The notes beneath the pieces were generated by a model that saw nothing but the letters and a program-made list of their open reading frames with translations, did no database searches and was not told the DNA's origin. A program made the translations under genes and the position numbers. Positions 37,548-46,968 of a DNA stretch of 64,000 nucleotides are shown here, piece after piece. This DNA is from a virus. The stretch lies in the IMG/VR virus record IMGVR_UViG_3300016472_000923, one strand, 5' to 3'. The number at the start of each line of letters is the position of its first letter. Position 1 is the stretch's first letter.

Positions 37548-39265
37548 TATTTGTTCCCGTAGCGTTGATAGAGAGCCCAGAGGCTTTGCTCTTTGGCTTC
37601 GGCCAGTTCTGGTGCATGGATGGCACCCTGACGACCAGGATCGCGATTGAACGGTGCGCCTGTGGTTTGACCTGTGTTTTTGCGACCGTTTAGTCCGCCA
37701 CTTAAATCATTGACCATAGTGTCTGTGTCGTATGTCTGCTCTTCGGGACTGTTAGCTAAATCGCCTTCTTCTAGGCTTTCTTCACAACCACAGGGTATAT
37801 GCCCGCATGTGGGACAGGCTTCTTCGTAACCATGGGAGGATTCCATGCCAGCCAGTTTGAGGATCTGTGCCAGTTTGACAGCATCATCTTCTGTGGCGTT
37901 GACGCTCAGGCTCTTCTCGCCATTCTCGCCCATGCTCATGTTGATGCTCATACCTTCGTTCAGCACTGTTTTGAGCTTGTTGTCAAAACTTTCTGCGATG
38001 GCGCCTTCATAAACACCTTTGCCAAAAATGCCTTTGGATTTGCCGCCAGCAGGGGCAGTGGCTACACTACCGGCTACTGTGGTTTCTTCCACTTCTTCTT
38101 TGTCTTCGTCTTTGGCTTCAGCAGTCTTCTTGGCCTGTTTGGTAGCAGTGGCATACATCACGGCCTCGCCGCGATCGCCATAACGCTTTTCAAATCCAGC
38201 CTTGTCTTTCTTCATCGACTTGACGATCTCTTCACGCTTTTTCATCTCAGATTTGGTGAGTTCACGCTCGGGGATTACTTCTTCGTCGCCAGTGACTTCC
38301 ACATCCATCTCTTCTTCGCCTTCGGGGCGATTGGCTTTGAGGTAATCGCGAGCACTATCGATATACTCTTGAGCGATAGCGATCTTTTTCTGTACCCACT
38401 CAGGCAGATTCTCGTCGGCATCTAGGATGTCTTGCAGTTCTTTGGCAGCGTCTTCAATGGTACGAGCTTGACTCATGGCCATCTCGCCTTCTTCATCGTA
38501 CTCGTCCTTGTCGTAGTCTTCTTCCAGTTCTTCTTTGCGGACATTGGTCTTGCCACGGGCACCCATCTTCTTACCTGTGCCTTTGGGACGACCACGACCA
38601 CGCTTGACCACTCCACCTTCGTCGTCTACTTCATCATTGCGATCCACGGGTTCCAGTGTTGTGACACGACGGCGTCCATCGATGTCTTGGAACCGCTTGC
38701 GGCTACCATCTCGGAATGTCACCGTGTAGTCATCTTCACGACCATCTACATCTGCACCTATTTTACGATACATCATTTTCTTGTCAAAGAAATCAACGAA
38801 GCTTTCTTCGATCTGGCTTTCATTCATCTGTGCTTTTTCATCACTGGTGTCACCAGTGACTTTGTAGGTTTTTCCGTCGATAGAAAATGTAGGTTTGCCA
38901 GCTCGGATGGCATCCAACCGAGCTTTGGTAAAGTCGTTGCCTTCTTCCATGTCTTCTTCTTTGATCTTGCCCCACTTGCCACCGTGTGCTTGTTTAGCAC
39001 GGATAGCAAAATTGAGTTCAGCGGTCTTGCCTTTGAGTTCGTCGGGCACCTTCTCGCCACGCTCACGATACTTTTCTGTCTTGTCAAGATTTGCTTTCTT
39101 CATGGCCTTGAGATCGCCGATGTCTTTGCCTTTGTATTTGCCACGCTCAGCAGGATTTGTCTTGATGGGAGGTTCAATCTTTTCAGCCACCTGCTCAACG
39201 CTTTCGTTGAGATTTTTCTTCTCAACTGAGTTGAGTTTAGCGAGGATGTCGTACATGTTGTTCAT
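37547..39265 (-). CDS. Highly charged putative head-internal/core protein with AT-hook
   Basis: E/K-rich; many xxE sites; KRGRGRPK; LKLAGM; CPTC..PCGC. Confidence 0.6.
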   Translation of the reverse strand: MNNMYDILAKLNSVEKKNLNESVEQVAEKIEPPIKTNPAERGKYKGKDIGDLKAMKKANLDKTEKYRERGEKVPDELKGKTAELNFAIRAKQAHGGKWGKIKEEDMEEGNDFTKARLDAIRAGKPTFSIDGKTYKVTGDTSDEKAQMNESQIEESFVDFFDKKMMYRKIGADVDGREDDYTVTFRDGSRKRFQDIDGRRRVTTLEPVDRNDEVDDEGGVVKRGRGRPKGTGKKMGARGKTNVRKEELEEDYDKDEYDEEGEMAMSQARTIEDAAKELQDILDADENLPEWVQKKIAIAQEYIDSARDYLKANRPEGEEEMDVEVTGDEEVIPERELTKSEMKKREEIVKSMKKDKAGFEKRYGDRGEAVMYATATKQAKKTAEAKDEDKEEVEETTVAGSVATAPAGGKSKGIFGKGVYEGAIAESFDNKLKTVLNEGMSINMSMGENGEKSLSVNATEDDAVKLAQILKLAGMESSHGYEEACPTCGHIPCGCEESLEEGDLANSPEEQTYDTDTMVNDLSGGLNGRKNTGQTTGAPFNRDPGRQGAIHAPELAEAKEQSLWALYQRYGNK

Positions 39266-39275
39266 TGCTATTTCC

Positions 39276-39878
39276 TTATCGGCGGAAGCCAGTGGCTGGT
39301 TTGGGAGGACGCTTGATCGTAGTCATGGGACTCTTCACACCCATTGGCAGATCGTTGGTGGTTTCAGCGGCTGGTGTCTTGCCTCCAGCTACTGTGAATT
39401 TTGCTGCTTCTGCGGAGTTCTTGACCACAGCATGGTCTTTGCCTACAGCAGAATAGTCTTTCTTGAGATCTCGCTGTTCTTTGGTATCAGCAGGATAGTC
39501 GGACTGCAACAGCGGCGAACCTTGTTCTTCGATACCCAACAACTCACGATCCATGCCTTCTTGCCAATGCAGTTCATTGATGGCCATACGGTTCTCGCTC
39601 ACGCCCAAGAGTTCCACTATCTGGGCCACCTGTTGGCGGTTGGCTGGGTAACGCAAGATCACATCCATCATGGTAACACGCTCGTTGGGATAGTTTTCAA
39701 AGCCCTCGGGCTTGCTCAACACTGGTGTGGTCTTGACATCGCTGACGCTCTTGGGATCAAACTTTTTCATTTGTTCTTTGAACGCGGCCATGAAGCCATC
39801 GGGCAGGTCACCCACGAATTTGATGCGATAATCAAAGGTTTTTTCGCTCTCGGCGAGGTATGTAGCAAAGTTTTTCAT
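39276..39878 (-). CDS. Putative capsid-internal protein
   Basis: N-terminal MKNFATYLAE resembles the T4 capsid-targeting sequence; TAAATA at 39897-39902. Confidence 0.6.
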   Translation of the reverse strand: MKNFATYLAESEKTFDYRIKFVGDLPDGFMAAFKEQMKKFDPKSVSDVKTTPVLSKPEGFENYPNERVTMMDVILRYPANRQQVAQIVELLGVSENRMAINELHWQEGMDRELLGIEEQGSPLLQSDYPADTKEQRDLKKDYSAVGKDHAVVKNSAEAAKFTVAGGKTPAAETTNDLPMGVKSPMTTIKRPPKPATGFRR

Positions 39879-39899
39879 ATCAGGATCCTATGGATATAT

Positions 39900-40427
39900 T
39901 TAGCGTTTCGTGTCTTTTGACGGTTCCGTGGTAGATTTGCCCAAGAGATGATTCAAGAGCTCGTTGCGATCCAACACATGGCCTTGTGCTGTGGGCAGAG
40001 ACAGGTTGTCTTGTCCACCTTCTCTGTCCAACTTGACCTTTTTCATCTGCATGTCGATCATCTTGAGTTTTTTGTTCATCTTCGCGGTCTTGGCCGTGAT
40101 AGCATGTCCCAGCATGGTTCCGGCCACGGCAAATATTTCTGATGCATAACGGCTGTCAACTTGCATGCCAAGATTCATTAGATCATCAAAGCTCTCCTGG
40201 GCACGCCGTGCCAGGTCGTCCATCTCTTGATCGCTGGACTCTAGCCCCTGGACTGCTGGGAGGGCTGCTTCGATCTTGTCAAGAGACGCCAGAGTTTCTG
40301 GCAGGATGGGCAGTTGCGCCGCATCACTCGCAGCCTGTTGATCAGTGTCGTTGGGTTGCTCATCGTTTTCTCCCGATGCTGGCAGATCGAATAATTCTTC
40401 CAGTCTTTGATTCTGCGGTAAAGTCAT
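39900..40427 (-). CDS. Probable terminase small subunit (gp16-like)
   Basis: LEELFDL; helical SRYASEIFAVAGTML...KKLKMIDMQ; TAAATA 5 nt upstream. Confidence 0.55.
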   Translation of the reverse strand: MTLPQNQRLEELFDLPASGENDEQPNDTDQQAASDAAQLPILPETLASLDKIEAALPAVQGLESSDQEMDDLARRAQESFDDLMNLGMQVDSRYASEIFAVAGTMLGHAITAKTAKMNKKLKMIDMQMKKVKLDREGGQDNLSLPTAQGHVLDRNELLNHLLGKSTTEPSKDTKR

Positions 40428-40442
40428 ACCGATATTTACCGG

Positions 40443-40874
40443 TTATTTTTTACCATTTCTGAATAACTGGTCTTCTGTGATCACACGGAAGGTCAGACCT
40501 TGCCTGCGACACCATTTGGTGGCAGCGTCCCATTTGCAGTAATTGACAGCGACCACGGCTCGGTCTCTATTAGACGCCTTGCTTTCGATGATGCTTTGTT
40601 TTTTGGGTTTGATCTCGACCAGTTCGGCCCGTTGGCGCCCGTTCTTGTCAGCATAGACCACCAAAAAGTCAGGTATGTAGTTGGTCATGCGACCAGTGAA
40701 GGGATGGCGATATGGAATAGAGATTGATTCTGATGCCCACTGCAGGATGTGCTTGTTGTTGTCACAGAATTGCATGAAGGCCAACTCCCATCCCGATCGA
40801 TACCTTGGAAGACCTTTGCCCACATATTTGTCTGTGTTAATGGGACGGAACACACCCTGCGCAAACTTGCTCAT
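40443..40874 (-). CDS. gp4: Head completion nuclease (T4 gp4/TnsA-like)
   Basis: YRSGWE, WASE, IPY, YIPDF, VEIKP, KWDAA, ITE. Confidence 0.88.
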   Translation of the reverse strand: MSKFAQGVFRPINTDKYVGKGLPRYRSGWELAFMQFCDNNKHILQWASESISIPYRHPFTGRMTNYIPDFLVVYADKNGRQRAELVEIKPKKQSIIESKASNRDRAVVAVNYCKWDAATKWCRRQGLTFRVITEDQLFRNGKK

Positions 40875-41239
40875 GGTAACACATTGCGAGCGGCCCAGAC
40901 ATTGGGTTGCACAGGATTGTTCACGCCCAATAGCGTGGTTGGGCTGCGCAGGCCATTGAGATAATAAGCCAGGGTGTTGGTGATTTGTATCTGATTCTGG
41001 TCCTGCATCTGCTCAACGAGGTCCAGCACAGGCACACCTGTCTGGTCGCTGATGCGGAACAGCACCGAAGTAAAACTGTCCGCTGCATCTGCTGTGTCAA
41101 ACACAGACAAGAAAAAACTGTTGACCACATCGTACTCGTTGGCATCCACATCTACGGCAAACTCATAGAATTCGTCAAAAACTCTCACAGTGAGATCAAC
41201 AGCAGGATTTAATGTGTTAACGGAATTCTGTCCAGGCAT
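40871..41239 (-). CDS. Hypothetical (virion) protein
   Basis: 122-aa ORF coupled to its neighbours. Confidence 0.6.
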   Translation of the reverse strand: MPGQNSVNTLNPAVDLTVRVFDEFYEFAVDVDANEYDVVNSFFLSVFDTADAADSFTSVLFRISDQTGVPVLDLVEQMQDQNQIQITNTLAYYLNGLRSPTTLLGVNNPVQPNVWAARNVLP

Positions 41240-41241
41240 GA

Positions 41242-42402
41242 TTATCTTTTAGGTATAGGAAAGATCGGTGCATTCAACTTTTGTTGGATAGTGGTTCCGG
41301 CGCTGCCCACTGGCTGATTGCGGATCACACCAGGCAGGGTCTGTTGGATGACTTCTTGCACTCCTTGTCGGGTTTCAGCTCTAGCAATGGCTTGTAGATT
41401 TTTACCTTTGAAAGTATTATAGGCTGTGCCAGCTTTTTGTACAGCTCCGATCACTCCTGCCACAGACCCGGCCTGCAGATCTTGGTAGATGCCTAGACCA
41501 GCATCAAGCAAACCACCCTGGCCCAATATGCTCTGTGTGCCGCCGGGCCGGCCAATGGGGCTCTGTACCTGATCGTAGTAAGTGGGATTGGCAAATCCCA
41601 CTGCATTGGTATCAGGTCTGGCTTTGCCAATGGCACCCGAATAATATTTCACCGTTTCATACTGTATGGTCATGGTGTTTTCCATGATACCGTTGTCTTG
41701 GTAGTAGTCGTACTGATCATGGCTCCAGTCGGTGATCAAGGGATTGATCAAAACATACTCTACGAATTTATGCTGATTGAATCCATAGATTTGGATGTCT
41801 CTGAAGAACGGTGGTTTGGTCGGTGCAGACCCTGGCACGCCGCTTTGTGTGCCATCGGAATATGACTCGCCTACATAACCCCAATCGTTGACGAATCGAT
41901 CGTTGGCATAGATGTCTCGGTTGTTGTAGTCGAATCCCTGTGTACGATTTGCATTTACGCCGATGGCACCGTTCTGTGCTGGGGTGTTGTTGTTATATGG
42001 TTGGTTTGGATCTTTGTAATAATAGGCGTAATAATTGTACCAAAGCGTGCGTATGAGATCGCCACCATCGTCGTGGAATACACATCTCACCGGCTGGTAA
42101 TTGATCTTTTTTTGCACCAGTCTTTTACGATTGTACTGATTCATCGTGTCAACTTCCATCTGGTACTTGGGAAGTTCGATATTTTTGACCAAGAGTCCCA
42201 CGGTGCTGGAATCAGTGCTGTTGAATATCTGACGCAGTGGTGGTATGGCCGAAGTGTTTAGATTGAAGTAGACATGGAATAGGAACTTGAGGCGAGGACT
42301 GTTCTCATACCCATTGGTGCGAAAAGTTTTGCTCGCATGAGTATAATCTTTGAGGAAATCATTCCCAAAGAATGTATTGAGAAAGTCCTGACCAAAGGCC
42401 AT
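41242..42402 (-). CDS. Tail-tube-like baseplate/tube initiator protein (gp19/gp54-like)
   Basis: VKNIELP, NQYNRK, YQPVRCVFHDD, TMTIQYE; next to the tail tube gene. Confidence 0.65.
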   Translation of the reverse strand: MAFGQDFLNTFFGNDFLKDYTHASKTFRTNGYENSPRLKFLFHVYFNLNTSAIPPLRQIFNSTDSSTVGLLVKNIELPKYQMEVDTMNQYNRKRLVQKKINYQPVRCVFHDDGGDLIRTLWYNYYAYYYKDPNQPYNNNTPAQNGAIGVNANRTQGFDYNNRDIYANDRFVNDWGYVGESYSDGTQSGVPGSAPTKPPFFRDIQIYGFNQHKFVEYVLINPLITDWSHDQYDYYQDNGIMENTMTIQYETVKYYSGAIGKARPDTNAVGFANPTYYDQVQSPIGRPGGTQSILGQGGLLDAGLGIYQDLQAGSVAGVIGAVQKAGTAYNTFKGKNLQAIARAETRQGVQEVIQQTLPGVIRNQPVGSAGTTIQQKLNAPIFPIPKR

Positions 42403-42408
42403 GGAGCG

Positions 42409-43041
42409 TTATGCTCCTACGCCAGCACCCGTGATAGCGCCTGCGATGGTTCTAGCGGTAGCAGTACCAACACCAACACCAAACGGTGACTGATTGGCGT
42501 TGTCAAATCTTATGCTCAATGCAATGGTCACTGGTTCGCTGGTACCGTAGTTCAGATCGTTGTAATTGGCCGACACTAGATAGCAACCATACAGTTCCCA
42601 TGATTCTAGCACAGTGGGTTCAACCGCACCGTTGCCACCGTCAAGCACTTGACAAACAGTGGTAAACTTGTAGTCGATACCAGATGCCGCAGAAGCCTGT
42701 TCAAGGAAATCCAGTTGCTTCTGTAGTTGTTGACCAACTAATCGAGTGACTTCGTTGCTGGCATCGTCGCGCAGATTGATAGTGACAGGTTCCCATGAAT
42801 GCTTACCAGCAAGATACAATTTGCTGTTGTAAATGTCGATGGGTATCTCATCAAAACTCACAGACGGTCTGGTGAAATCCATGACCTGTTTGGTGAGTTC
42901 TGTGGTGGTTGCATTGATACCAAAGTTCTGGAAGAAAACCCGGAACCGGTATTTTAATTTTGGCATCAATAGGCCTTGTTCAGATGAACTCTGATCACTG
43001 GCCAAGGGCACTGTCATTCTGTTAAGTGATGCGGAAGGCAT
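42409..43041 (-). CDS. gp19: Tail tube protein
   Basis: YRFRV, YLAGKHSWEPVTINLRDD, WELYGC, SIRFDN; downstream of the sheath gene. Confidence 0.85.
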   Translation of the reverse strand: MPSASLNRMTVPLASDQSSSEQGLLMPKLKYRFRVFFQNFGINATTTELTKQVMDFTRPSVSFDEIPIDIYNSKLYLAGKHSWEPVTINLRDDASNEVTRLVGQQLQKQLDFLEQASAASGIDYKFTTVCQVLDGGNGAVEPTVLESWELYGCYLVSANYNDLNYGTSEPVTIALSIRFDNANQSPFGVGVGTATARTIAGAITGAGVGA

Positions 43042-43065
43042 ATTCGTAATTCTCCTTGATGCAAT

Positions 43066-43071
43066 TATTTA
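43066..43071 (-). promoter_or_regulatory. T4-like late promoter TAAATA for the tail tube gene
   Basis: Follows the terminator and precedes SD AAGGAG. Confidence 0.65.
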
Positions 43072-43085
43072 TGGCCGGCGAGGCC

Positions 43086-43115
43086 AAAAAAAATGGGGGT
43101 CAATGCCCCCATTTT
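43086..43115 (-). terminator. Rho-independent terminator after the sheath gene
   Basis: ATGGGGG/CCCCCAT stem followed by a T-run. Confidence 0.85.
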
Positions 43116-43132
43116 CTTGTCTAGCGATACCG

Positions 43133-46100
43133 TTAGACGGTGGTCGACGATGCGACTTGTCCAGCTGATATCTCGCCGGTGTTCTTGATTCGCAATGGAA
43201 TATAGATGAACTCCACTGCTTTCACGGGCTCTATAGCGATATCAACCCAAAGCTCGTTGCGATCAATTCTAGCCGGTGTGTTGTTGCTCTCGTCACAGAC
43301 CACTAGGTAGTCATAGATACCGCGCTTGGCTACTAGATCGATCATGAGACTGTTTACAGCATTGGTCATCTCGTTGCGAGTGATCTGATCGTTGGGCTCA
43401 AACACAAACTGAGAACCAATCTCTTCCAGGCGTCCGCGGACGAATGCTATCAACCGTGCCACGTTGATACGATCCAAAGCCGAAGTAGTTGCTGCTTCAG
43501 TCTTGTTGCCATAGTTGACTATACCTGCACCTGGAATAAAGGTTATAGGATTGATCTTGTTGGTATACAAGGTATCACGCAAGCCCTGACCCGTGGCTAT
43601 GGTCACGAATTCACCTGTCTGGCCGTTGATATATCCAATGCGTTCAGCATTGTCTACCAGGCCGCGACGCACGCCAGCCGGGGCCAACCAGGGGAACGCC
43701 ACTTCGTCGTTGCGGATGAAAGTACGGACCATCATATGGCTAGGAGGCTGTACCACTGGGCTGCCACTAAGATCTGTGGTCTGGCAGCTAGGATAGAATG
43801 TGGCCAAATAAGTGTCAGCCGTTACCAATCCAGATTCCGTATCTGTAGTCACTCCAGCGGTGTTTGTAGCCCAGGCAGTGATGGCAGTGCCAGTGGGTTC
43901 AAGACGCAGAGGAGTGTCGCCAATCACGAAGCCAGTGTTGCTGCGCTCGTTGTTGAGTGCGACCATGTTGGGGATCAGTTCAGGATATTGTGGTGTTGCC
44001 AAAAGATTGAACTGTACTTGCTCTTCACGCAATGTATCTTGCGTGTCGATGGCCGATTTCATTGCTGCCACCACCAAAGCACGCACCGCTTGCCGTCCCA
44101 TGTAGGGTGAACCGTCGTTGCGATTTCCTGAAGCTGTGACCCAAGCATTGGTCTCCAGCGTGGACCAGTAGGCAGTATTTGTAGGAGCGTTACCGGTGCT
44201 GTTCTGGATACACACATAAAGCACAGCATTGTACAACACTTTGTCTCCCACCACATAAGCTGTGGAAGCTGAGTAGGTGTCAAATGAGAAGTCAGTCGCG
44301 TTGAAATAGTCGCTTTGGAAAGATTTCACATTGAATCCTGACCGGCGTGTGTTGAACAACAACATACCTTCAGGATACAAAGTGGGTTCAGGAGCGTCAA
44401 TGTCCAAATAATCACTGGTCAGCAAGCTGGTGATAGTGGGGATATTGTCTGTTATAGGGTTGGTCGTACCATTGGGGGCCCATCGGGCATCTGCAAACAA
44501 TATACCGTCTGCGGTGGTCTGATCTGAATTGACGATCTGGACCCATTGCAACACACCGTCTACCTGCTGCCAGCGTTTGATCACAGGATACAGTTCGAGA
44601 TTTGATGTATCGATCCAAAGGTCGCCTTGCACCAGAGCGGTTCCATCACTTTGCTCAGTGGGTGCTGTCACAGAAACAATTGGGCCTGCAGGGTCAGTTT
44701 GCGTGAGATTGAAACCACGCACATCGTTGGTCACTGTCTGATAACCTTTCCAGCCGCCGTCGTCCTGGATCATGATATCCACTTGGTCGGTAGCAGAATA
44801 ATACCAGTAACGGCCGTCTGCGGGATCTTGATCGGGTGCGGTGTCGCTGGCTGTGTACTCTAGAGGCACCCAACCCGAAAGGATCAGTGCCGAAGTTGAA
44901 CCAGGCTGCAGTCTCACTCCGGTGACATCAGTGTTGAATCCTGCATCAAAAACTGGTCCGCCGCTGAGCGAACCCCCGTCGAGGACAACCACTCCGCCCA
45001 AGCTGTGCGTGATAGCGACAGCGCCATCCGATGTAACAGCAGCAGACACAGGTGCACCTGCAGGTATCGCTGCCGAAAATGCTGACACGAAAGCAGCAGC
45101 CGTAGATCCGGCCAAGGTAGCAGTGACCGCTGTGGTCAGTGTGCCGCTGTTGGCCACGCTGTACTGTATGGTAAAGGTTTCGCTAGAAACGAAAGTGGGC
45201 GTATCATTGTCACCAGTGGTCACAGTGGCACCAGTGTTTAACCGTTCAAAAACTTTCAGCGTGAATGTGTTGTTTCCTGAACCAGATTCTGGTGCCACAT
45301 TGTATTGTGTATAAGTGGAACCGGCTGGTATGTTCTTACCACCGCCTGCAGGATCAAGCGCAGCATTGGCTGACTGATCGTTTTCATAGATAGGCGCAGC
45401 TTGCTGCACAAACAGGCCCAGTGTAGCATCATACTTTTTGACGATGATGTCAGCACCAGAATTTACTGCCGTGGTCACATTCCACACAGAGCCAGTGGGC
45501 CGAGGTGTGGTCTGGCCAGTGGCCCAGCGCGGGTTGGTATAGTTGGGGCTTTGCTGCAGCGCAGGTGAATAGTAAGTACCTGCTGTGATGCCCAAGGTTG
45601 TCAGTGGGGTGCCAGTGTCGTTGGCGATGGTGATAGCACCATCAGGAGTAGAATCAACTGTGCCCGAATCGCTGTCAGCATACAGCCAAAGTTTGTTGCT
45701 GGTCAGTGTGAGATTGGTCTCGGCCGTGACGCCAGCGATGCCAGCACCGTTGATGTCGGAAACCAAGCTGGCCAAGGTCTGCCCAGTCAATGTGACTTCA
45801 ATTTCGTTGATCTGGATCTTGTTGCCCACTGTCAGAGCATTGCCGGTCACAGTGTTTGATCCTTGCACTGTGGGCCAAGAATTTTTCCAATCATCGCTAC
45901 CAACGAGTACCCAAGCATTGTCATTGTTTTTGTAGTACACAGGGTTGTTGGTATTGGTGGCTACCACTGCATAGTCACCAATGGCGCCTACGGAGCTAGC
46001 CGGGATGCCACCGCTGAGTTCTGCAGTATCTGTGATCACCGTGGGTGTCTGTAGTGTGAATGCTCCCGTGGTTTGATTCCACTGGAATATACCCCAGGCA

Positions 46101-46525
46101 GTGCTGGCAGTATCCAGCCAGTATGTATCAGCAGCTGGAGCGCCGGTAGGACGCACCAGGCTGGCAGTAAGTTCAGCAAGATCGATGTTGGCGCGCTGTA
46201 CATAAGCACGATTAGAGATGCCCAAGGCACTGTAAGCAGCCAGCAAGCCATATTCGTTGAGCTCGTATCCGTTGATTGGTGTGCCAGCAGATGTCTTGTA
46301 GAAAAACGGATTGCCAAATGTAGCAGATAGATCGCGCTGGCTAGTTATGAGATAAACTTTGCCGGCATTTGCTGCCAGGGTACCGGCGGCCACACCAACT
46401 CCGGTTCCGGAAATCTTATTCTGTGCTGTGGCGATCAAGAAATAAGGTACCGAGTTAGTCGCTGCAGGAATGTAGTTCGACTCGTCGATTACTGTTACTT
46501 CTACGCCAGGGGATACAAGTGCCAT
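43133..46525 (-). CDS. gp18: Tail sheath protein with large insertions
   Basis: LVSPGVEV, WLAPAG.RRG, INPI, LDRINVARL, FVFEPND, CDESNNT, PVKAVEFIY. Confidence 0.95.
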   Translation of the reverse strand: MALVSPGVEVTVIDESNYIPAATNSVPYFLIATAQNKISGTGVGVAAGTLAANAGKVYLITSQRDLSATFGNPFFYKTSAGTPINGYELNEYGLLAAYSALGISNRAYVQRANIDLAELTASLVRPTGAPAADTYWLDTASTAWGIFQWNQTTGAFTLQTPTVITDTAELSGGIPASSVGAIGDYAVVATNTNNPVYYKNNDNAWVLVGSDDWKNSWPTVQGSNTVTGNALTVGNKIQINEIEVTLTGQTLASLVSDINGAGIAGVTAETNLTLTSNKLWLYADSDSGTVDSTPDGAITIANDTGTPLTTLGITAGTYYSPALQQSPNYTNPRWATGQTTPRPTGSVWNVTTAVNSGADIIVKKYDATLGLFVQQAAPIYENDQSANAALDPAGGGKNIPAGSTYTQYNVAPESGSGNNTFTLKVFERLNTGATVTTGDNDTPTFVSSETFTIQYSVANSGTLTTAVTATLAGSTAAAFVSAFSAAIPAGAPVSAAVTSDGAVAITHSLGGVVVLDGGSLSGGPVFDAGFNTDVTGVRLQPGSTSALILSGWVPLEYTASDTAPDQDPADGRYWYYSATDQVDIMIQDDGGWKGYQTVTNDVRGFNLTQTDPAGPIVSVTAPTEQSDGTALVQGDLWIDTSNLELYPVIKRWQQVDGVLQWVQIVNSDQTTADGILFADARWAPNGTTNPITDNIPTITSLLTSDYLDIDAPEPTLYPEGMLLFNTRRSGFNVKSFQSDYFNATDFSFDTYSASTAYVVGDKVLYNAVLYVCIQNSTGNAPTNTAYWSTLETNAWVTASGNRNDGSPYMGRQAVRALVVAAMKSAIDTQDTLREEQVQFNLLATPQYPELIPNMVALNNERSNTGFVIGDTPLRLEPTGTAITAWATNTAGVTTDTESGLVTADTYLATFYPSCQTTDLSGSPVVQPPSHMMVRTFIRNDEVAFPWLAPAGVRRGLVDNAERIGYINGQTGEFVTIATGQGLRDTLYTNKINPITFIPGAGIVNYGNKTEAATTSALDRINVARLIAFVRGRLEEIGSQFVFEPNDQITRNEMTNAVNSLMIDLVAKRGIYDYLVVCDESNNTPARIDRNELWVDIAIEPVKAVEFIYIPLRIKNTGEISAGQVASSTTV

Positions 46526-46552
46526 AATGTCATCCTTATAAATGGTTACCTA

Positions 46553-46560
46553 TATTTATA
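46553..46560 (-). promoter_or_regulatory. T4 late promoter TATAAATA for the sheath gene
   Basis: Exact consensus, embedded in the palindrome ACCTATA-tt-TATAGGT. Confidence 0.75.
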
Positions 46561-46623
46561 GGTACCGGCCTAAGAATGGTGGTTTGCGGAACCTTAATTA
46601 AGGCCTAGTCGCTAAATACCGCT

Positions 46624-46968
46624 ATGCGCCCTTTATGCCAAGTTTGCGGTAAAAATGCCCGTGCCATCAACGGGTATCACAACGACAAAGTCTACTATCG
46701 CAGTAGGTGCAATGCCTGCATCCGCAAAGGGCGGAAGAAGAAACCCAGTGTGCCGAGATGGCAGGCAGCAGGCTATGATAAGAAACCAACTTGCGACCGC
46801 TGTGGTTTCAGGGCCAAACATGCCAGCCAACTAATCGTCTATCATGCCAACGGAGATCTCAACGACTGTGAACTCCGCAATCTAAAAACTGTTTGCTTGA
46901 ACTGTGCTGCCGTGATCACGCGGCAAGATGTATCTTGGCGGCGCGGAGATCTTGAACCAGATCTGTGA
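46624..46968 (+). CDS. Zinc-binding HNH-like protein
   Basis: Four CxxC pairs and HANGDLND..NL..VCLNC; TAAATA 5 nt upstream (46613-46618). Confidence 0.7.
   Translation: MRPLCQVCGKNARAINGYHNDKVYYRSRCNACIRKGRKKKPSVPRWQAAGYDKKPTCDRCGFRAKHASQLIVYHANGDLNDCELRNLKTVCLNCAAVITRQDVSWRRGDLEPDL

Noticed and set aside
37799-39920. Long plus-strand ORFs (208, 265 and 341 aa)
   Set aside because: These are shadow frames of E/K-rich minus-strand genes, with F/L/S-rich translations and no expression signals.
40443-40874. TnsA-like nuclease as evidence of a Tn7 transposon
   Set aside because: It matches the T4 gp4 head-completion family in a structural operon; no TnsB/C or transposon ends are present.
46624-46968. 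HNH-like gene as a mobile homing endonuclease
   Set aside because: It is short, its HNH motif is degenerate, it is free-standing with its own late promoter, and it has no intron context, so mobility is unsupported.
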